A DNA stretch of 64,000 bases, from contig NW_005434631.1 in assembly GCF_000315625.1 (NCBI RefSeq), positions 513,039-577,038 of the forward strand, written 5' to 3'. A program made the position numbers and the translations under genes. Of the stretch, positions 1-10,906 are shown piece by piece. Under the pieces are notes generated by a model. That model saw nothing but the letters and a program-made list of their open reading frames with translations. It was not told where the DNA came from and did no database searches. The DNA is from Guillardia theta CCMP2712. Its lineage: Eukaryota > Protista > Cryptophyta. The number at the start of each line of letters is the position of its first letter. The stretch's first letter is position 1.

Positions 1-408
1 GCCACTTCATACTCTGGGAAGCCCTTTCTTTCCCCTTCCCCCATCCCTTCTCCTCCTGCCTTCACTCCCTACCCGCTTATTCCACTCCCTCTCGCTCCCC
101 CCGCCCCCCCCCCCGCCCCCCTCATCTTCCTCCTTGATCACTCCTCTTCGTAGAAGCTTCTATCCTGCATGCGCTCTAGCTAGACGTAGCGGAGACCCAC
201 TGGGCCACCTTTCCTCCCCAAAAGAACCTACCCCACCCCCCTGACAAACTCCGTGCGTGTTTATACCCCATATTTTGTAGATTAAAATACCGGTAGTGAT
301 GTACCCCTACCTCAATCAAAGGGGAAGTATGGCACGGAAGGAAGATGGAGCGAGTGAGGAGGAAGAGTAGGAAGGGAAGGAGACAGCACGGAAGAGAGGT
401 ACTGCAGC

Positions 409-641
409 GAGAGGAGAGCACTTTACGTGGCTATGAGAGGAGAGCACTTTACGTGGATCTGAGAGGAGAGCACTTTACGTGGCTATGAGAGGAGAGCACT
501 TTACCTGGCTCTGAGAGGAGAGCACTTTACCTGGCTCTGAGAGGAGAGCACTTTACGTGGCTCTGAGAGGAGAGCACTTTGGCTCTGAGAGGAGAGCACT
601 TTGGCTGGCTCTGAGAGGAGAGCACTTTACGTGGATCTGAG
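409..641. repeat. 27-bp minisatellite (GAGAGGAGAGCACTTTACGTGGCTCT-like), about 9 copies
   Basis: Tandem units visible directly, with small indel variants. Confidence 0.9.
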
Positions 642-1681
642 GGATACGCTTTGCCGAAGATCCTTGGATTGGGATTAAGTTCCATGTCAACTGCAGGCTG
701 GAGGAAGTTGGCGGGGATGCTTTCAGTTGAAAGACTCGGAGTGACGAGCCTCATGAGTAGGAGATGGAGGGGAAGGAGAAGAGAATGCAGTAGGTGTCCC
801 TAAACCCCGTACGCTAACGTTCGGCCTAACTCGAGAACGAGAGGACCTGAGCAGTCTTGGACGGTCTTGCTCGATTGGATGAGAGTTTAGAGCGGCAATA
901 ATCAGTCAGGACCAGTTCACATGTGACATACGCTTGTTCTTGTTCATCTTGAGAAGCAGTGGAAACTGATCAAACACGATGAGACCAAGGGAATCTATCC
1001 TAGTGTGAACCATGCGAGTGCATCAGAAACGGCCTAGATTTCTAAAGTTATTCGTGTTGCTTGTAGTCTCCAAGATCCACAAGGCACAAGGCAGCTGTGT
1101 TCGCGATGAAAGAGAGGTAGACTTATCGGAAAACTTGTTCGTGGTTCTAGTACACATGAGGGTCAACGCATCTTCAAGGTCTATTCTTCCACTTCGATTT
1201 GGTCGTCATCGACGATTTCTTGGACTAGAAAACTAATTTTCCCGTGTTGTAGCTTTGCACATACTAGCTGTACGTAACCTTCAGGCTGCCATGGTTGTTG
1301 TGGATGGTTGTTAGGCTATGGAACCTCGGCACTAAGCTAGAAAGCAGTGGAAGGAGCGAAGGGAAACAGAAGGGAGTAAGTCTGCAGGATCGTAGGAAGC
1401 AACCTCTTCCCAAAACCACTCTGGCAACTCGTGCTTAGAGGGTTATTGTCTGGTTTCTTCCTTGTAAACACTGGGGAGAAAGGAAAAAGTTCCAGCTATC
1501 AGGGACAAGGAACGAAATATAAAACAGCTTGAAAATTTATTGACTGAACGGTTACTCAAACGTAATTCACAAATTCAAATTGACATAAATCTTCACATCA
1601 CTATTCACATGAAAAATCGTTCTGCGTAGGGGCAAAGACAATCAGTCAGAGGAGTGAAAAACTGCCGTCATCGTTCAACGC

Positions 1682-2785
1682 TTACCAATCACTGGAGTCG
1701 CTGTTGCGTGCTATTGCCACGTAAGCCTGAATGTCTTCTGCACTTGACTGTACAAACCATTCGGGGCTGTCCTGCAAAGGGTTGGGAGAAGAATTCTTTG
1801 AGGAACCACCTGATTGGCCATTGGTTCCTCCGTTCTCCCCGCCATCCTGAAAGATCTCCTGTTGCTCATCCTGCTGGTAGGTAAGGAACGAGAAGCACGG
1901 GTCATTTTCGTTTACGACATTGCCAGGGCTGCCATTTTCCTCTTGCTCATTCTCCGGAGGAGGGAGAACCTCATTGTCCATGGCGTCTCCAATAGATTGC
2001 TTGAAGCAGCAACTCACCGTCTCATTGTCATTGAAATTATTGACACTCGTATCAGCCAGGTCTTCCATTGAACCTGAACCGACCTGATTAACGCTGTTGC
2101 GTGCGCTTTGTATAGTCTGGAATCCTTCATACTGGTACAAGGATCCCCTCATATCTTGCTCGTTGATGTCGTATGCTGCTTCTGCATTTGGAGCAGCAGC
2201 AGCAGCAGCAGCAGCTTCTCTCACTCCCTGCTGACTCTGGACCGGACTTGAGCTGGTTTGCTCCTGCAAGGGCGAGGGTGACCTTTTCCTGTCCTTCCTG
2301 CGTTTCCTGGGACGCGAGTCCTTCGCTCCGACCGGCCTGCCAGGAGCTCGCTTGTTCATGCTCTCATACTCAGCTCTCTCCTCGTCAGTCCAGAGTGGCA
2401 TGGTCACGTGTGCCCAAGTCCTCCTGTCCCAGATATCTCGCACTGCCTTGGAGCTGATACTGAAGTGCCGTGCTATCACCGCGCTCTCAGCGGTCTTGAA
2501 GAGCGAGTCGGAGTTCCTCGACGAGTAGATCTTGAGTGCGATGTCTGCATTCAGGATCGCCTTCCGTGTTGCAGCCCCTGTGCTGCACCTGTCCTGTGCC
2601 TCATCCTTGTCTTGTTCGCAAGGATGGTAACTCCCCTGGTAACTCCCCTGCATCATACCTCTCGTGGAGCTGGCCTCGTGCAAAGGATAGTTCCCATGAG
2701 GGACCCCCAACGATTCAGCAGCCTGGTAGGCTGAGGGCTCCTCCATTCCCTGCATGCGGGAGCTAGGAAACCCTTGCCTGTCCAT
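1682..2785 (-). CDS. Intronless 367-aa protein with HTH-like motif and AT-hook-like basic segment; putative DNA-binding protein
   Basis: Long clean ORF; ...SAVIARHFSISSKAVRDIWDRRTW... followed by KRAPGRPVGAKDSRPRKRRK. Confidence 0.7.
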   Translation of the reverse strand: MDRQGFPSSRMQGMEEPSAYQAAESLGVPHGNYPLHEASSTRGMMQGSYQGSYHPCEQDKDEAQDRCSTGAATRKAILNADIALKIYSSRNSDSLFKTAESAVIARHFSISSKAVRDIWDRRTWAHVTMPLWTDEERAEYESMNKRAPGRPVGAKDSRPRKRRKDRKRSPSPLQEQTSSSPVQSQQGVREAAAAAAAAPNAEAAYDINEQDMRGSLYQYEGFQTIQSARNSVNQVGSGSMEDLADTSVNNFNDNETVSCCFKQSIGDAMDNEVLPPPENEQEENGSPGNVVNENDPCFSFLTYQQDEQQEIFQDGGENGGTNGQSGGSSKNSSPNPLQDSPEWFVQSSAEDIQAYVAIARNSDSSDW

Positions 2786-3211
2786 CTTGTTCGCCCCGAG
2801 GGGAGCTCCCGAAACTCAAACTCCCCTTTTCAGTTCAGGACAGACCATCTGGTTACATCAACTAAAATCAGAACGATATGAGTGTACATGGGATGGACCT
2901 TTGAGTTGCAACGGCAACAGATTTGGGCCAAAATGGCACCTAAGCTCAGAGTCAATCTTGCCAAACACACGAGCTGCTCTGTTCGAGACTTGCCAAAATA
3001 CCTCTCAAGCTGACACGAGAACCTGCAGGCAGGATATGAATGATACAGATATCAGACAAGTTTAAGATCAATGTCATATATTCCAGTTCAGTCTATGCAG
3101 TTCAGTCTATGACACTGCAAGTATCAGATACAGCTTGAACCCAGGCTCACTGACTCAATACCACTCGCGAGGACACCAAAAACTCAACTATCCCCGGTAG
3201 CACTTACATCT

Positions 3212-3268
3212 CCTTCCATTCTCCTTCCATTCTCCTTCCATTCTCCTTCCATTCTCCTTCCATTCTCC
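3212..3268. repeat. 11-bp tandem repeat (ATTCTCCTTCC), about 5 copies
   Basis: Seen directly. Confidence 0.85.
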
Positions 3269-5540
3269 CTTTCATCTCCTTTCTATACAGACCATTATCT
3301 CCATCCCTCTCTGCGCATCGCTCCTGCCATTTCCTTCGCAGGCCTCTGCTTGAATGACACCAGAGCAAAATCAAAACTCTCCCCCGAAACCTCACGACCC
3401 TGACTTACCACCCAACCTTACTACCCCCACCTATAATTATCACAAACTTTCTATTGAATTGACCCCCCATGTTCATACTATCATCATTTTTCTTGGTTTG
3501 CCCACTGTAATAATAAGAACCTTTACCTACCCTCCTTCACTTACGATTTTACTACCCCCCTGACATCATGCGAACCATCCACCCACCTATCTGGACTGAA
3601 CTCAACTAAAATCTACTGTGTTGGCTTTACCCACCCACCCCTCCAAACAACAAAACTTTGGTCAAGAGACCCCTACTACTTACTGCAGATTTCAGTCGCA
3701 GGACCGGTACTCATCACCCCACTATCCTCGTGCATGACGGTCTTCGAAAATAGCTATGTTCGCCCAAAACTAAAAAGTCGCTGACCTATTTTAAAATCTC
3801 AAAAGGCCTCTTTTCCTCTCAGTCCTGCGACAGGCACCGTGCCTCGTGACGGTTAGGGGTGTCTTGTCACCCCCCATCTTCCTCTAACTTTCTTTAAGTT
3901 AACATATAAGTAAAAGAGCCCATCCATGCTTCCTTTGCCCCTGAGGCTAGAGAGGGCGCTGCAAGGGCGCCTCGGGGTTAAATTTAGTAGATCACTACGG
4001 GTGGTTATGAACAATTGGATAAGAGGGGGTGGGGGTAGTTGCTTTTAAAAAACCTCCCCACCTGCGTTCAGGTTGTGCGTTGTTTGTCCCCACTGGACTT
4101 CACACTGCAAGCTTCCGCTTCCACATCAGGAGGGAGTGGGAGGAGAGGGGTTCACACCTCAAGCACCGTTACCCTATCAGCTCATTACATCGCCACGGCC
4201 AGCTTCTTACCATGGAGCGCTACTCTACCCTGTGTAGACCTGGAAATTCTCGACCCCTCCTCTGTTCTCTCGGCTGGATGGTACCCTCCATCAAGCGGAC
4301 GAGCCGGATCTGCCCCGGCTCCCTCCCCTACTCGCCTCCTTCCTGCGGGTGCATCAGGCCCTGGTTGATCGTGGAGTGCCGCAATATATGACCTCAGTGA
4401 CCTGGATGACGCACGTTTGCAAAATTCGATCACTTCTCCAGCACTCTTTCAACTCGCGGGTGGACCTCCTTTTCTTCCCCCCTAGCGTTCAGTAACAGGA
4501 CAGTTCATGCAGACTTTCCCCCCTCATCTTGAGCGTCGGGCGCACTTATCCCAGGTTCAGGCAGCTGGTGCTGGACTTCACCATGACTACTTACATTTGA
4601 CAATCTCGTGTAGGTTTTCAATATGCTGAATGCGTCATAGCATCTACAATGTAGAACAAGTGTCCGAGATTGGCCTTTATTGCTGAGCAGATTCGAAGCA
4701 GGCAATCATTGATGCTACCTCAACTGAATAGACTACTTGACTGGAAGTTTCTGAAATGCCAGTGCATTCCATGGAATGAACTTGTTGATGTCTCAGGTGC
4801 GTGACCCTCTGGTGATTCGCTGCCGCTCTATCAGAATCTACGGTCTCGACTGAGCGAATCGTTTGAGATTAACTCGGAAGAATCCTCAAGTCACGTTCGA
4901 CTCAGGGCCCAACTTCACTTGAAGCTCCTGATTTCAACTAGCCCAAGTTCCTCAGGCTCGGATCTGATCGCAGTGCTTTCAAACTGAGTATGAAGTTAAG
5001 TTGAGACTATTGATCGGAGCTAGTCTCACCTCAGGCTATGCCAAGCAGTTGATGTGGCTGGATGCACAGATGCGGGAAGGTATTCATGGAGAAGACAGCA
5101 GGAGCTTAGGACTCATGGGAGACAGCAGGCGATAAGCGAGTGAGCTTATATCAGATCCGAGTCTGCAGGACAGCATGCGGCCCAGGGTATGGGAGGGTCG
5201 GTAACGGCTGGGGGGGATTCGGAAGCCCTGGCCTCATAACCCCTGGGGTCATGGACACAGGAGGACTAGAGGTCTGATCAGGGAAGATAGTACTATCAGA
5301 TTTATTCTACCGGAGGCCATACGAGGAGGACCGTGACACGGGACAGCGGCCTACGGCTTCAGGAGAACAGAAATCAATTATACCGGAGAACCGGCCGTCG
5401 GATCATGGATTGGCACGGTTGCCAGGAGAACTTCGGTACTCGGAAACTTGAAAGGAGAACGAGGTGAAGGGATCTTGTGCTGGGAGACTTTGATTGCTTG
5501 AAGTAAACGAGCTTGAACAGGAAATTTACAAGTCTATCAT

Positions 5541-5866
5541 GATGGAACGTATGCCAGCCGTGCCAGTCAGATAGCGCCGAGTTAACAAAAACTCTCCTGT
5601 AAACCAAGACGACTTACGTGTCAAGGCGGCAATGTAGTACGTATGATGAAGAGGAGGCCTTCCTAGCCGTCTTGCTAAGGTCCCCTCATGTCTGGTTGCT
5701 TGGGTTTCACATCCTAGCATACAGTCTATCTCTCATGTGCTCCTCAATTCTGGTTTTGTGTGCATTAAACTCGGTCTTGAGCAAAAACTGTCTTGTTACA
5801 ACTAAGGTCGATGTGACATCTGCGTGACTTTGGACTAGTACAAGTCTAACAAACTTGTATTCCGTC
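5541..5866 (+). repeat. 5' LTR
   Basis: Matches 6744-7070 except for one T in a homopolymer run, as far as visual comparison shows. Confidence 0.92.
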
Positions 5867-6743
5867 GGTTATGAGCCTCGATTACATGCTCAATCATGTT
5901 GATCTTATATTTGGTTAGTTGAATTGTTTACTGGAGTTTTTTCTTTCTTGGTATTGTTTTCCCGTTGCTGTTGACAATTCATGCAAATTCAATTCAAGCC
6001 TTACAAATTCGGATGACTCCTCTCTTCAATCAGGCTCTCTCTCTAGCCGCAAGTTGTTTAGGCCTCTCATCTCAGCCTCAATTTGTTTGATTGATCTTCG
6101 AATTGGAAAAACAAGCCTTCCCCAGCCAGATTGGTCGGTCGAATATCTGCTTAACCGTGTGGAAACGCACTTGAAGCTGATTCGATTTTAATCTTCTTGA
6201 TCTTTGAGTAGGATCAAATGGAACTACCAGGAGATCTGGCGGAAGTTTCATGTCATGGAGCTAGGCTGTGGCATGCATAACTGGAGCTACTTCTGGATCG
6301 GCGAACAAGGTACTACTGCACAACAATCTTCAGATGCCTTGAAACGGATGTTCCAATCTCGCGGCAGCAATCTCTGGTCACAAGTTCTTTACGGTTCAAA
6401 AAATTTATCTTTTGGTCTTCAAATGCCGGCGGGCACGCTCTCTCTCTCTCTCTCTCTATCTCTCTTATCTTCTCTCTCTTCAGACTCTCTTATCCTATAC
6501 TCTATCTCTCGTCATTGCATCCGCTCGCCAGGCATCTCCCCTTATCTCTGTGCCGCACATCTAACAGCCCTGCATGAAAATCTTCTTCAGAATGGACAAT
6601 CCTCGAATGGTTATTGCCCACTCAGCATGACTGTGAACTTGACGTTGTATCATCGTATCTTGACTTGGATCTGCTGACATTCTCTTGTTTGTGTGACTTT
6701 CTGACGTCCGATGTAACGTACTATTTCAGAAACTCGGGGGGAG

Positions 6744-7070
6744 GATGGAACGTATGCCAGCCGTGCCAGTCAGATAGCGCCGAGTTAACAAAAACTCTCC
6801 TGTAAACCAAGACGACTTACGTGTCAAGGCGGCAATGTAGTACGTATGATGAAGAGGAGGCCTTCCTAGCCGTCTTGCTAAGGTCCCCTCATGTCTGGTT
6901 GCTTGGGTTTCACATCCTAGCATACAGTCTATCTCTCATGTGCTCCTCAATTCTGGTTTTTGTGTGCATTAAACTCGGTCTTGAGCAAAAACTGTCTTGT
7001 TACAACTAAGGTCGATGTGACATCTGCGTGACTTTGGACTAGTACAAGTCTAACAAACTTGTATTCCGTC
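6744..7070 (+). repeat. 3' LTR
   Basis: Copy of 5541-5866, preceded by a polypurine tract. Confidence 0.92.
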
Positions 7071-7129
7071 ATATCATCATGTCATGAAGGCTCTCAGCAG
7101 TCAGAGGCTTTGTCAGTGAGTTCGCTATT

Positions 7130-7420
7130 TCTGAACTTCGGCGGTTCGAAGTTCAACGGTTGGGCCAGCCGCCGGCCCGGCCGCCGGGCCGCGCGAAACC
7201 GTGACGTCCGACCGTACGGTCACTCACTGGCACAGAGCGTCTGGCAGCCCGATCCACTCATGGCCGTCCCGGGCCGGAGCCGCGCTCCGGCCGCCCCGGG
7301 AGTTCAGCACGCCGGCTGAACAGTTCACGGCCACTGAAGTTTCAAGCCTTCAGGCTTGAAGTTCTCAGTACTCCGGGCACAACCGTTCAACCGAACCGTT
7401 GAACCAGCGACTGGCCGCTT
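7130..7420. other. GC-rich hairpin-dense intergenic island 1
   Basis: GGCC/CCGG-rich; 9-bp stems at 7132-7155 and 7341-7360. Confidence 0.7.
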
Positions 7421-7899
7421 TAGGAGTTGACTGATTTTTAACATTTTTATATGTTATTAACATTTTAATACGTTATTCAGTAACCTATAATCTAAACAGA
7501 CCTTGTTGTGAGTGCACAGCTTATAGCACTAGTTTTAAAGATATTGACTAAATATTTTGGTACAAAGATTGGTACAAGGAACACATTTCAGGACGGTACA
7601 AATCATGATGAGTGTTTTCCAAAACTGGTACAAATCAGTACTGGATTATTCTTTATAATCAAGTTGTATGTGACTTAGCCGAAAAAATGGTGAAAGGCGG
7701 GTGAGACATAATCGTTGTATGCAAACACATCTGCGCAGTTTATACCAATATTACACTGACTTGGTTGTAAGTCATCTTACAGTCCGGTAGGCTATTGCAT
7801 GTCAATCGCTGCTCTCCATGTCAACGTCTGAATGAAGTGGAGAATGAGTCTGTTGGGTCAGGCTTCGAGCAGCGTCAATTCTTCTTACCCTACACAAAG

Positions 7900-10584
7900 T
7901 CAGTCACTGTCCATTGCAATGTAACATGTCCACACGCACCGTCGTACACCTTCGTCACGGTTGGCAACCGCATTCCTCTTCCTCTTGTTCTTTCGGCCTG
8001 TGTTGCTCCGACATAACCTTTTGTACATAGTCGTGTATGAAAGCTCGGTGAATCTTTTTCTCTGTTTTTTCCATGCATTCGGTCCATACTTCTCCTTGAC
8101 AAGTTCAACGTAACCATGATTGAAGCACTCTGAATAGTTCTCATGGTCGATCCCAATATCAGTACTCAAATTTGCAAGTCTTCTGCCCATTACCTCGATG
8201 GCCAACATGACTGCTTTTGCTTTGCAAAGGTTCTTCTTCATGTTGGCACACACTAGATCTGTTCCTTCCAAACGTTTGAGTGGACCAATACGCTTCCATT
8301 CTCCATTAATCTTCTCCTCTTGCCCTAGGTGCCATTTCTGCCACATACTTTTGCACGGCGTCTTCTGAGGGAAAATAAAACCTTGAGGTACAGGATGTTG
8401 CATCCCCCCCCATGTAAACGTTTCGCCTTCAATCAGTATGCCTGTCCTGTCGTCAATAATTGGCAGTTCCCCTCCACCCCCTCTCCCTGTCAGTTCCTCA
8501 GGACCCTGCATCCTGAGTCTCGACGTCAGAAGTCCTTGCATGATTTCACTGAATCCTGTATTCATCATGGATGTCAGATCCTCCCGCAGCTTTTCCAGAT
8601 CTCGTTGAGCTAGTGGAATGGCTCCGTTCACCTCAAAGTTTCTAATGATCAGCTCGTAAATGTCTTGCGGTAGCGAAGTTGAAACATTCAACACTGTATC
8701 GTGCAACAGCTTTGTTCCCTGTTCTTGACTCTCTCGCAGCTTCCTGATTTCAGCCACATTCATCACGTGCATCGGAACTCCACTGCAGGTCATACCGCAT
8801 TCTTCGCATTCCCCGCGACAAACACTGATATGATGCTCTTTCAATTCTTGTAAAAATTGCATTGTTCTTGAGCCTTTCACTGCAAAAACAGGTGACCCCC
8901 ATAGGAAGTGGTGACTTGGAAACATGTCTTTGAGACGGTCCAGATGGTACACTATCTGCGCAAGGAACATTGGTAAACATCTCTTGTAGCTGTCCGGGAA
9001 CGTGTCGTATCCATCAATGAACTTGTGCATACCAATATCGTTGATTCTTGCCAGACCTTCTCTTGTGAAATGAGGAGGTAACACATCGAAATTCTCGCTC
9101 TTGGTGTTGTTCCCTGCTAGAATACGCCCACAGTATTGATCATTGCCTGGTTCCACTGTTCCGATGTACCTGTCCTTGGTGTTGCCTAAGGACCAGCTGG
9201 CTCGTTGAAATATTGATGTACTGACTGGTCCTCCCGGAATGCCTAGTAGATGCGTCACGCTCCCCTTCCTAAAACTGTGCGAACCTGCACATTTCAATCT
9301 CAGTCTCAAGACTTCCTCAGGCTAGCACTTACCAACATCCCTCCATACTTCCTCCTGCATGTCCTCTGTGGACAATACCCTTCTCAAGACTTGGCCAAAC
9401 CTCTGCTTCTGGTCGTTTCCCAGAAAAAATTTGGTGTGACTTATCCTCATTCTGGTTTGGGAAAACGCATACAAAGCAATGGCCAAGATAGGACAAGACA
9501 TAGGTTTGTTGGGTGCTGCAAATATGTGCCTTGTTCTGGGAGAAAAAATGTCGGCGTCAACACCCCCTTGGTCCATCTTGGTCTTCAATATTGTCAGCTT
9601 CAAGCAGTCGTTCTCCCAATCAAAGTGTTCAAGATGTAGAATGTCTAAAGTTTCGCTTCTACAGCAACAGTTCCACATGATCGTGGTACCAGCAAATCCG
9701 AACAAGCCTGTTGATCCTATTTCTCGTGCCATAGTGTCTGAACGTATCTGGGTCATCTTTTCACAAATAATTCCATACTCTCTCACTGCCAAGACACTTT
9801 TGCCTTCTTTCAATTTCATCACTCCCGTGGATTTCTTTTGAGTAACCACCCTTCCATAACCTTTGATGAGTCGACTGAGCCGGTCGTTTAAAGTACTGCC
9901 CGATGGCATTCCAGTCGCGTCAAAAGCTACATTTCTGTCTCTGTAATATGCTTTCAACGCACTCTTGTACCCCTGCAGTGCTCCTAACGACAGCGTTCTC
10001 TTGCTTGCCTGGTATCCTGAAATGTCCTCGTTCTCACCCTCGTGTACGTTATGCGGATCATCTTGCTGCTCTTCCTCATCCTCATGATCTCCGTCGTCTT
10101 CCTGATCTTCGTCTTCCTGATCGTCGTCTTCCTGATCTTCCTGATCTTCCTGCTCTTCCTGATCTTCCTGCTCTTCCTGCTCTTCCTGCTCTTCCTGCTC
10201 TTCCTGCTCTTCCTGCTCTTCCTGCTCTTCCTGCTCTTCCTGCTCTTCCTGCTCTTCCTGCTCTTCCTGCTCTTCCTGCTCTTCCTGCTCTTCCTGCTCT
10301 TGACCTCCTCTTCTCCTTCTAGATTTTGGTAAGTCAGTATTGGTGACAAGGTCTCCAAACAAACTCTTCAAATCTTTCCATGCCATTGGGAGTATCAATT
10401 CGCCGTCCTCGTCGACAGCCCTGGGGTTCACTTTGAGTAACAGACGCACGATCCTATTGATCTTGCATCGGTAAACTTTCTTTGTACTATCAGCGATGAC
10501 TTTGTTCTCTATCAGGTCAAATGCCCTTTCTTGTCGTCGTTGTCGCTCCTGCAACATGGCATCATTTGCTCTGCTGGATTGCAT
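7900..10584 (-). CDS. Crypton-type tyrosine recombinase (YR plus probable GCR1_C-like C-terminal domain), about 878 aa, 2 exons (10584-9333, 9284-7900)
   Basis: Catalytic motifs WNCCCRSE (R), KTKMDQ (K), GSHSFRKG (HxxR) and RASWSLGNTKDRY (W..Y). GT-AG intron 9332-9285 joins the two ORFs in frame. C-terminal FPQKTPCKSMWQKWHLG..IGPLKRLE segment. Confidence 0.85.
10100..10300. repeat. 9-bp coding tandem repeat (CTCTTCCTG)n encoding (EQE)n within the recombinase
   Basis: Seen directly; in frame. Confidence 0.9.
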
Positions 10585-10906
10585 TTTTCGGGCAGTTCTG
10601 GTTCGATACAAAAATGTTTACTCAATGTCACCATGAGTCAGCATTATTGCGTGGTGCTACCTTGGAGTGCGCTTTGCACAATTATTTTGACAAAATAACG
10701 TTGTGAATGCAGTACCACCCACTCCTGCCCATCCAATGGGCTGGATAGTACCGGTACATTGCAGGTTGCACTGTCAATCATTAAAATTTTGCAACTTTTT
10801 TGTCAGTGCACCATACATACTTTTAAAATTTCGAAATCTATCTGTTTTAGTGCGCCGAAAAAATTGATTAAAATTTTTTCCGGAAATAGATTCCCTGACG
10901 TAAACA

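Larger units (their letters stand above)
5540..7071 (+). mobile_element. Non-autonomous copia-type LTR retroelement (TRIM-like or internal-deletion derivative)
   Basis: Direct repeats 5541-5866 and 6744-7070; outer ends TG..CA; TATCA duplicated at 5535-5539 and 7072-7076; PBS GGTTATGAGCC at 5867; PPT GGGGGGAG just before the 3' LTR; no intact gag/pol. Confidence 0.9.

Noticed and set aside
4029-5400. Possible degenerate retroelement (PBS-like GGTTATGAGG on the minus strand near 5231-5241; short ORFs)
   Set aside because: No LTR pair or recognisable gag/pol motif found
9285-9332. Premature stop suggesting a Crypton pseudogene or two separate genes
   Set aside because: The stop lies within a canonical 48-nt GT-AG intron whose removal restores the frame and the GSHSFRKG motif
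5540-10584. DIRS/Ngaro retroelement combining the direct repeats with the YR gene
   Set aside because: No RT/RNase H ORF is linked to the YR; the repeats have their own TSD, PBS and PPT, so these are two independent elements
10811-10815. TATGG (minus strand) as a CryptonS-type terminus
   Set aside because: No matching copy found in the 7400-7900 flank; a lone 5-mer is uninformative
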